The position numbers and the translations under genes were made by a program. DNA of 64,000 nucleotides from Oscillospiraceae bacterium (GTDB taxonomy: Bacteria; Bacillota; Clostridia; Oscillospirales; Acutalibacteraceae), in contig SVPB01000001.1 of NCBI GenBank assembly GCA_015066065.1, positions 2,216-66,215 of the forward strand, read 5' to 3'. Positions 57,427-64,000 of this stretch are shown here, piece after piece. Numbering within the stretch: position 1 is the first letter of the stretch; the number at the start of each line of letters is the position of its first letter. The notes beneath the pieces are model-generated. The model did no database searches. It worked only from the letters and a program-made list of their open reading frames with translations, and was not told the origin of the DNA.

Positions 57427-58482
57427 TTGAGTACCATTGATCTGCGATCCATGACCACCGAAGAATTGGCGGACCATCTGCAGCAGCAGGGGTACCCCTC
57501 CTTTCGGGCTAAGCAGATCCGGCAGTGGCTGGATCAAGGCGTTACGGATTTCCGTTGTATGACCAATCTGCCCCTTTCTATGCGAGAAACGTTGGCGGCC
57601 GCCTATACCGTCCCCGGTTGTACCATTGTGCGCAAGCTGGTCTCCTCCATCGATGGTACTGTTAAGTACCTTTACGGTTTGGACGACGGCGAAACGGTGG
57701 AATCCGTTCTTATGCAGTATAAGCACGGATGGAGTCAGTGTATTTCCACTCAAGTAGGGTGTCGTATGGGCTGTACCTTCTGCGCTACCGGTATGGGTGG
57801 CCTTGTACGTAATCTTTCTTCTGCCGAGATGCTATCCCAGATTGAAACAGCACAGCGTGATTCCGGTGTACGGGTATCCTCGGTGGTACTCATGGGGATG
57901 GGCGAGCCGCTGGATAATTACGATGAGGTGATCCGTTTCCTTCGCCTCTTGATGGAGGATGGGGGAGTACACATCGGTATGCGGCACATATCCCTTTCCA
58001 CGTGTGGTGTCGTTCCGGGTATTCTGCGCCTTATGGAAGAGAAGATACCCCTTACGTTATCCATTTCCTTGCACGCCCCCAACGATGAGATTCGTTCCCG
58101 GACGATGCCGGTCAACCGTCGTTGGCCTATCGATCAGCTCTTGGATGCTTGCCGTCGTTATGTGGCAGCGACTGGTCGCCGCATTTCGTTTGAATACGCT
58201 ATGATCGACGGCGTTAATGATTCCGATGCTTGCGCAGCCGAATTGGCTGACCGCCTTCGTGGCATGCTGTGCCACGTCAATCTTATTCCGGTTAATTCTG
58301 TATCCGGGAAAACACAGAAGCGTAGCGACAGGCGGCGCATAGAACGCTTTATGGAAATACTTAAGAAGGAAAGCATCAATGTGACGGTTCGCCGCACATT
58401 GGGTTCCGATATCAATGCTTCCTGCGGCCAACTGCGTCGACAGGCAGACCAGCAGGAAAACAGAAAGGAGGCGTTACCATGA
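57427..58482 (+). CDS. rlmN: 23S rRNA/tRNA (adenine-C2)-methyltransferase RlmN
   Basis: Radical SAM CRMGCTFCATG and MGMGEPLDN motifs. TTG start after GAGGTGA. Confidence 0.94.
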   Translation: MSTIDLRSMTTEELADHLQQQGYPSFRAKQIRQWLDQGVTDFRCMTNLPLSMRETLAAAYTVPGCTIVRKLVSSIDGTVKYLYGLDDGETVESVLMQYKHGWSQCISTQVGCRMGCTFCATGMGGLVRNLSSAEMLSQIETAQRDSGVRVSSVVLMGMGEPLDNYDEVIRFLRLLMEDGGVHIGMRHISLSTCGVVPGILRLMEEKIPLTLSISLHAPNDEIRSRTMPVNRRWPIDQLLDACRRYVAATGRRISFEYAMIDGVNDSDACAAELADRLRGMLCHVNLIPVNSVSGKTQKRSDRRRIERFMEILKKESINVTVRRTLGSDINASCGQLRRQADQQENRKEALP

Positions 58483-59210
58483 ATGTGACGGGAGATACCC
58501 ACATTGGCCTTGTAAGGGACAACAACCAGGACGCTATGGTGTGCGGCCCGCTATGCCAGCAGGCTGAATATGCTGTTGTCTGTGATGGCATGGGTGGTGC
58601 TAATGGCGGTAACGTAGCCAGTGAGATTGCGGTGCGTGTCATTGGTGAACGGATACGTTCTGCCTATGAAAGCGGTCAACCGGTACGGTCAGTAGACCAT
58701 CTTTTGGAAAGCGCCACGGCTGCTGCCAATATCGAAATATACGATAAAGCCAAAAGCACCCCGGAACTGCAGGGCATGGGCACCACGGTTGTCTCGGTTA
58801 TACGATACGGTCGTACGGCGTATCTGTCCCATGTTGGTGACAGCCGGGCATATCTCTTGCGTGGTGACGTGCTGGAACAGGTCACCCGTGATCACTCGGT
58901 GGTGCAGGAGATGATTGAAAGTGGTCAGATCACCGAGGAGCAGGCGAAGTCGCATCCTCGCCGCCACTTTGTGACCCGCGCCCTGGGTGTGGCAGAAGAG
59001 GAATTCGGTGAGTATGACGAGCTGGATTTGCTTCCGGGCGACAAGCTGCTTCTGTGTACCGATGGCTTGACAAACATGGTCTCGCTGGAACAGGTAGCAC
59101 AGATGCTGACCGAGGAAGACAATAAGATGGCTGTCTCCAACCTTATCAAAGCGGCTTTGGATGCCGGAGGTGCTGACAACGTGACGGTCGTTATTATGGA
59201 TATTTGCTAA
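58479..59210 (+). CDS. stp: PP2C-family Ser/Thr phosphatase Stp/PrpC
   Basis: VRDNNQDA, CDGMGG and GGADNVT motifs. Overlaps rlmN by 4 nt. Confidence 0.94.
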   Translation: MNVTGDTHIGLVRDNNQDAMVCGPLCQQAEYAVVCDGMGGANGGNVASEIAVRVIGERIRSAYESGQPVRSVDHLLESATAAANIEIYDKAKSTPELQGMGTTVVSVIRYGRTAYLSHVGDSRAYLLRGDVLEQVTRDHSVVQEMIESGQITEEQAKSHPRRHFVTRALGVAEEEFGEYDELDLLPGDKLLLCTDGLTNMVSLEQVAQMLTEEDNKMAVSNLIKAALDAGGADNVTVVIMDIC

Positions 59211-59260
59211 GGTGTTTGCCTTGTCAATCTTGATTATCAAAGAAAGAAGAGGACAGATCG

Positions 59261-61330
59261 ATGGATAAGTATTTGGGCAAGCGACTGGATGGTCGTTACG
59301 AAATGCGCGAGCTTATCGGCGTGGGCGGAATGGCCTACGTCTATAAGGCGTACGATTGTCTGGATGACCGCACGGTGGCGGTGAAGATCCTCAAGGACGA
59401 GTTTCTTACTAACGAGGAGTTTACCCGCCGTTTTCGCAATGAATCCAAGGCGATTGCTATTTTAAATCACCCCAACATCGTCAAGGTGCTGGATGTAGGC
59501 TTTGGTGAGCGTCTGCAATATATCGTCATGGAATACATTGACGGTATTACCCTGAAAGAGTACCTTGATCAGCGACGTGACATCCGCTGGAAGGAAGCGG
59601 TGCACTTTGCCGTGCAGATTCTTCGTGCTTTGCAGCATGCCCACGATAAAGGGATCGTGCATCGGGATATTAAGCCCCAGAATATCATGCTTCTCTCGGA
59701 CGGCACGATTAAGGTGACCGACTTTGGCATCGCTCGCTTGTCTCGCAATGAGCTGCGTGCCACCGTGGAAGGTGAGAAAGCGATCGGTTCGGTGCACTAC
59801 ATCAGCCCGGAACAGGCGCGCGGCGACATTACCGACGAGAAGGCTGACCTGTATTCGGTGGGTGTCGCTTTGTATGAGATGCTCACCGGGCGTCTGCCTT
59901 TTGAGGCGGACAATGCGGTTTCCGTGGCCATTATGCAGATGCAAACGGAACCCACCCAGCCGCATCTCATTAATGCGGAGATCCCGGAGGGCCTGGAACA
60001 GATTACCATGAAGGCCATGCAGAAGGATACGTCCAAGCGTTACCAATCTGCCGCAGAGATGCTGAGCGATTTTGAAGAGTTCAAGAAGAATCCGTCTATT
60101 CGCTTTGAGTATACCTACTTTGTGGATGAGACGCCCACTCGATACGTGGATGCCATCACCCGTGTTCGCGGTGAGGGAGACGGTGCTGTCACCGATGTGT
60201 CTGTTACCCGAGAAAAGAAAAAAATCTCCTCTGTGGCCATCCTTAGCGCCGTAGCGGCCGCCGTTGTCATCGTATGCGTGGCCTTTGTCTTGATTTTCAC
60301 CGGTATGTTCAGCGGCGACTCCGTGGAAGAGATCCCGATGGACAATTTTGTCGGCAAGGATTATAACGATGTATTGAATCATCCTAACATCAGCTTTTAC
60401 GATATCGATGTTAGACAGGAGCCTAAGGCCGACATCCCCGAAAATCAAGTGTATAAACAGGATCCGCTTCCCAATACCATAGTTAAGAAGGGTTGTCGCG
60501 TCACTTTGTATGTGGCACAAGCGGCCTACGTTAAGGTTCCTGATTTCCAGCCGGGTGAAAATAAAGAGGATGTCGAAAAGAGACTGAAAGGGAAAGGGTT
60601 TAAGGTGCAGACCTCCGATGAGGTGAGCACCACGTATGCCAAGGATACCGTTATTCGCTTGGACCCGAAGCCGGGCGAATCGTTGGTGTACGGCTCTACC
60701 GTGATCATGCACGTCAGCAGTGGTGAGGAGCCGCCCAAGCCCATTGATATGCCTAACGTGTTGGGCTTGTCCTTTGACAACGCTAAGAAAAAATTGCTTG
60801 AAGCAGGGTTTAGCAATGTCGAACCTGAATATGTCAATGCCGATGCGGCTAAGGATACGGTCGTTGCGGCTACTCCCGACCACAGCATGGATCAGCTGCC
60901 CAGCGTGGAGATCGTTCTTCAGGTGAGCACCGGCTACCGTAACGTGGAAATTGAGATGGCGTTGCCCAAAACGCAGCTGACCGCTTCCTTGGAGTTTTAT
61001 GTAAACGGCACCGAGGATGAGGCACTTTCTGCCAGCCATGCCAGCATCATTCCTATCACCAAGAATCCGCTTAAATTCACCGTTGGCGCCGCCAAGGACA
61101 CCTACTCGGTGATTGTTAAGCTCTCCATTGGCGATAAGATCAACAGCGAGCTTTACGCCGAATATACGGTTAACGGCAAGACCGGTGAGTACCAGCTGGT
61201 CAGCCAGATGACCGGTGACGAGTTTGAAGCAAAGCTCAACGGCACTACTCCGTCCGAGCCTGATGGCTCCGGCACAGAGAATCCCAATCCAGATGATCCC
61301 AGTCAAGGTGAGTCTGGCGGCGGCACATGA
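59261..61330 (+). CDS. prkC: Ser/Thr kinase PrkC/PknB with PASTA repeats
   Basis: Kinase motifs (VAVK, HRDIKPQN, DFGIA), one TM segment, three PASTA-like repeats and a C-terminal extension. Confidence 0.95.
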   Translation: MDKYLGKRLDGRYEMRELIGVGGMAYVYKAYDCLDDRTVAVKILKDEFLTNEEFTRRFRNESKAIAILNHPNIVKVLDVGFGERLQYIVMEYIDGITLKEYLDQRRDIRWKEAVHFAVQILRALQHAHDKGIVHRDIKPQNIMLLSDGTIKVTDFGIARLSRNELRATVEGEKAIGSVHYISPEQARGDITDEKADLYSVGVALYEMLTGRLPFEADNAVSVAIMQMQTEPTQPHLINAEIPEGLEQITMKAMQKDTSKRYQSAAEMLSDFEEFKKNPSIRFEYTYFVDETPTRYVDAITRVRGEGDGAVTDVSVTREKKKISSVAILSAVAAAVVIVCVAFVLIFTGMFSGDSVEEIPMDNFVGKDYNDVLNHPNISFYDIDVRQEPKADIPENQVYKQDPLPNTIVKKGCRVTLYVAQAAYVKVPDFQPGENKEDVEKRLKGKGFKVQTSDEVSTTYAKDTVIRLDPKPGESLVYGSTVIMHVSSGEEPPKPIDMPNVLGLSFDNAKKKLLEAGFSNVEPEYVNADAAKDTVVAATPDHSMDQLPSVEIVLQVSTGYRNVEIEMALPKTQLTASLEFYVNGTEDEALSASHASIIPITKNPLKFTVGAAKDTYSVIVKLSIGDKINSELYAEYTVNGKTGEYQLVSQMTGDEFEAKLNGTTPSEPDGSGTENPNPDDPSQGESGGGT

Positions 61331-61342
61331 TGGTGACGTGGG

Positions 61343-62230
61343 ATGAGTAAGACGTTACAAGGATTGATATTACGTTGCATTGGCGGCTTCTACTATGTAG
61401 AGGCCGCCGATGCGGTGTATACCTGCCGTGCCCGGGGCGCTTTTCGCAAGCAGGGCATAACGCCGGTGGCTGGCGATCGGGTCGTTATTACAGCACAGGA
61501 AAGCGGCGAGGGAACCCTGCAGGAGATACTGGAACGCCGTAATGTGCTGGTGCGTCCACCGGTTGCCAATGTGGATCTGCTGGTACTGGTGGCCTCCATT
61601 TGCGAGCCGGTTACCAACACCTTAATATTGGATAAAATGCTTGCTGTTGCGGAGTACAAGGGGATCACACCGTTGGTAGTGGTCAATAAAAGCGATCTGC
61701 AGGACCCCACGCCTTTGATGGAGGTCTACCAGAGAGCCGGACTGGAGTGCTTTGCTGTTTCGACACAGGATTTGCCCTCTCTGGAGCCGTTGCGTCGTCG
61801 CCTTTCCGGATGCGTGAGTGTGTTTACCGGCAATTCCGGTGTGGGCAAGAGCAGTATTATCAACGGCCTGGATCCCTCTCTTGTACTGGAAACGGGAGAG
61901 ATCAGTCACAAGCTGGGCCGTGGACGTCACACCACCCGTACAGCCTCCCTCTATCGGTTAGCCGATGGATATCTGGTGGATACACCCGGCTTTTCATCTC
62001 TGGATTTAGAGATGTTGGAGTCGATTGACAAAGAATCGCTACCGGACTGTTTTCGTGAGTTTGAGCCGTATCTGGGACAATGTCGGTTTACCGGCTGTGC
62101 CCATTATCGTGAGCCGGGTTGTGCAGTCCGCCAAGCGGTAGAGGCAGGTGTGATCTCTGCTTCCCGGTACGACAGCTACGTGTCTATGTATGAATCGGTG
62201 AAGGATAAAAAGGAGTGGGAAAAGGCGTGA
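61343..62230 (+). CDS. rsgA: Ribosome small-subunit-dependent GTPase A
   Basis: Circularly permuted GTPase (VVNKSDL then GNSGVGKSS) with a C-terminal zinc knuckle (CRFTGCAHYREPGC). Confidence 0.95.
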   Translation: MSKTLQGLILRCIGGFYYVEAADAVYTCRARGAFRKQGITPVAGDRVVITAQESGEGTLQEILERRNVLVRPPVANVDLLVLVASICEPVTNTLILDKMLAVAEYKGITPLVVVNKSDLQDPTPLMEVYQRAGLECFAVSTQDLPSLEPLRRRLSGCVSVFTGNSGVGKSSIINGLDPSLVLETGEISHKLGRGRHTTRTASLYRLADGYLVDTPGFSSLDLEMLESIDKESLPDCFREFEPYLGQCRFTGCAHYREPGCAVRQAVEAGVISASRYDSYVSMYESVKDKKEWEKA

Positions 62231-62856
62231 AGCGCTGTGTGATTTTATCGGCAGGTCCCGTCGACGACTATGCGTCCCTTCGCTCCTTACTGCTTCCGGA
62301 CGATTACATGGTGGCGGCTGACGGCGGCTTGCGGTTGGCGCAGCAGCTGGGGGTAATCCCCCATGAGGTGGTGGCCGATTTTGATTCCGGCGATCCTGCC
62401 ACCGTGCCGCCGGGTACGGCTATTGCTCGCTTGCCGGTAGAAAAGGATGTTACCGACACAGCGGCGGCTGTACAGATAGCTGTTCGCCACGGATTTGATG
62501 AACTGCTGCTATTGGGGTGTACCGGCGGTCGCCTTGATCACCAATACGCAAACCTTTTGCTCTTGACTTCCTTGTCTGAGCAGGGCGTCCATGCCGTTCT
62601 GGCCGATGAAAGAAACCGGATAGAAGCCGTGATGACCTCTCCGGTCGTGATACCTTGCCGTCCCGGCTGGCAGTTATCGTTGTTTGCTTTTGGGGCGCCG
62701 GTAGAGAATCTGTGTATCCATGGGGCCCATTATGCACTGGAGAATTATCGATTACTGCCCAATGATCCGTTGTGCATCAGCAATCGGATTGTGGCGGACA
62801 AGTGTGAGATTACCTTCCGTAGCGGCATGCTGTTAATTTTTCAGTCGTGTGATTAA
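62227..62856 (+). CDS. thiN: Thiamine diphosphokinase
   Basis: DGG..L, VADFDS and GGRLDH motifs. GTGA overlap with rsgA (alternative GTG at 62215). Confidence 0.88.
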   Translation: MKRCVILSAGPVDDYASLRSLLLPDDYMVAADGGLRLAQQLGVIPHEVVADFDSGDPATVPPGTAIARLPVEKDVTDTAAAVQIAVRHGFDELLLLGCTGGRLDHQYANLLLLTSLSEQGVHAVLADERNRIEAVMTSPVVIPCRPGWQLSLFAFGAPVENLCIHGAHYALENYRLLPNDPLCISNRIVADKCEITFRSGMLLIFQSCD

Positions 62857-62918
62857 CCAAATTTCCTTCTCTTGCATAGTCTGTGAATAGGCAGGCGTGT
62901 CACAGAGGAGGGAAGGGT

Positions 62919-63065
62919 ATGAGGAATCGGCATCATCGAGGTACCGGATGGCCGTGTTATGCCGCGTTTGGCGCTGGGATGCTGTTGTTTGCTATGCTAC
63001 CTACAACGGTTGTCGTGTTTGTTTTGGCTGCAGCGCTGGTTCTGTGTGGCATTACCTGCTCATAA
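62919..63065 (+). CDS. Hypothetical 48-aa membrane micro-protein
   Basis: Strong RBS GAGGAGGGAAGGG. Basic N-terminus followed by two hydrophobic stretches. No family recognised. Confidence 0.4.
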   Translation: MRNRHHRGTGWPCYAAFGAGMLLFAMLPTTVVVFVLAAALVLCGITCS

Positions 63066-63082
63066 TCTATAGTAAGGGGCGG

Positions 63083-63175
63083 ATGCTTGTGCAGGTGGTT
63101 GTTGTTCGCAGTCCCAAGGTTCTAAGCGGTGTTCTCAGACGGTTATTTAAGATTCCCAAGCAGAATAAAGAATAA
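63083..63175 (+). CDS. spoVM: SpoVM-like sporulation micropeptide (about 27-30 aa)
   Basis: VVVVRSPKVLSGVLRRLFKIPKQNKE aligns with B. subtilis SpoVM IKLPKFLGGIVRAMLGSFRK (shared P-K-x-L-x-G-[IV]-[VL]-R). Position after thiN is the same as in Bacillus. The exact start is uncertain (ATG 63083 or GTG 63095). Confidence 0.6.
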   Translation: MLVQVVVVRSPKVLSGVLRRLFKIPKQNKE

Positions 63176-63187
63176 CGTATCCCATTG

Positions 63188-63219
63188 AAAAGGCCTGCAG
63201 TACTGCTGCAGGCCTTTTC
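63188..63219 (+). terminator. Intrinsic terminator after spoVM
   Basis: AGGCCTGCAG / CTGCAGGCCT 10-bp stem plus TTTT. Confidence 0.8.
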
Positions 63220-63221
63220 TG

Positions 63222-63250
63222 GCATATCTGTCCACGCCGTGGCATATAGT
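63222..63250 (+). promoter_or_regulatory. Possible mother-cell (sigma-E/K-like) promoter
   Basis: GCATATC, 14-nt spacer, CATATAGT. Resembles the sigma-E consensus (..ATATT / CATACA-T). Lies upstream of a DUF3794 gene. Confidence 0.3.
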
Positions 63251-63272
63251 GTGTTGAAAAGGAGTGAGTGGC

Positions 63273-64000
63273 ATGGACAGCAAAATGAATAAGCAAGCAA
63301 TTCCCCTTTTGCGCCCGGTTTTAGATGCACGTGAAGAGTACGTGCTGAGTAACGATTTTGTTCTTCCTGAGTATTGCCCGGATATGGCGGTGGTATTAAA
63401 ATGTATGGTAACCCCTCTCATACATAGTCGTCAGTGGACGGCCGGACAGCTGATGCTGGAGGGCTCCGCCACGATCCGGGTGCTTTATCTTGACGAGGAG
63501 CGCAACGTGATACGCAAGGCAGAGTTTAATCACCCAATTTCCTTGACGGTGCGATGCGAGGAGGGGCACGATATACCGCTGACGCAGGTATCGGTGACGC
63601 AGGAGTACGTCAATTGCCGCGCCACCAGTCCTCGTCGTCTGGAGGTGCGAGGGGCGTTTTCTGTACATGCTTGGGCGCATTGCGCTCAGGACCTACCGGT
63701 GCTTTCTGCCGACTGTAAGAATGTTCATGTCAGACGGTGTGAGACAGAGGTATCCTCCATCAAGGCGTTTACCGAGCGTGTGATGGTTCTCAACGACGTG
63801 TTGGATCTTAGTTCCCCTTTGCCAACGGAAGATAATCTGCTATATGATGCTTATCAGGTATGTGTACAGGAATGCAAGCTGCTTACCGGCAAGGCTATCG
63901 TTAAAGGCACGGTATACCTTCGCCAGCTATACGGCGATCCTAAGAACGGTGATATGCTGCCGGTGACACATACGGTTCCCTTTAGCCAGATCCTGGATCT
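63273..64000 (+). CDS. DUF3794 (SPOCS-like) domain protein, 3' end outside window
   Basis: Not in the supplied ORF track because it runs off the window. ATG 63273 lies 9 nt after AAAAGGAG and is open to nt 64000. The reading (VLPEYCPDMAVVLKC...GQLMLEGSATIRVLY...EYVNCRATSPRRLEVRGAF) fits the repeated DUF3794 pattern. Confidence 0.7.
   Translation, partial: MDSKMNKQAIPLLRPVLDAREEYVLSNDFVLPEYCPDMAVVLKCMVTPLIHSRQWTAGQLMLEGSATIRVLYLDEERNVIRKAEFNHPISLTVRCEEGHDIPLTQVSVTQEYVNCRATSPRRLEVRGAFSVHAWAHCAQDLPVLSADCKNVHVRRCETEVSSIKAFTERVMVLNDVLDLSSPLPTEDNLLYDAYQVCVQECKLLTGKAIVKGTVYLRQLYGDPKNGDMLPVTHTVPFSQILD

Overview
This 64-kb window is from a moderately high-G+C Firmicutes/Clostridia-type chromosome. 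That placement is an inference from Gram-positive PolC, SpoIIIE/FtsK, a PASTA kinase, and a SpoVM-like peptide at the Bacillus spoVM position (other sporulation-associated families are present too). About 58 intact protein genes are present, nearly all housekeeping and arranged in classical syntenic strings. These are rpsB-tsf-[insert]-pyrH-frr-uppS-cdsA-dxr-rseP-ispG-polC, tepA-ftsK, and yicC-remA-gmk-rpoZ-priA-def-fmt-rsmB-rlmN-stp-prkC-rsgA-thiN-spoVM. There is also a PerR/reverse-rubrerythrin pair, an OmpR-type two-component system with HtrA, an AraC-linked sugar-acid/oxidoreductase cluster, and one tRNA-Arg(ACG). The one region that is not ordinary is 32.39-35.98 kb, immediately 3' of tRNA-Arg. 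It opens with a 75-nt duplication of the tRNA 3' end plus its terminator, which looks like an att site. A lower-G+C, 3.3-kb, one-strand mosaic of four consecutive coding units follows. The mosaic contains a 297-bp tandem repeat, a 152-nt dispersed repeat, recurring junction peptides and many frame switches. One unit (34263-35746) becomes a clean 493-codon ORF if four homopolymer runs are each changed by one nucleotide. No integrase, RT, Cas or transposase gene is present. I read the region as stranded cargo of an integrative/conjugative element or phage, either polyvalent-protein-like or an orphan cassette array. I cannot assign it to a named system without profile searches. Lesser observations:
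- a beta-helix gene wedged into the rpsB-tsf-pyrH-frr string
- mirror-image divergent promoters between galE and a nucleotidyltransferase gene
- Per boxes at perR
- a SpoVM-like micropeptide
All coordinates of small features were hand-counted, and no database search was possible.
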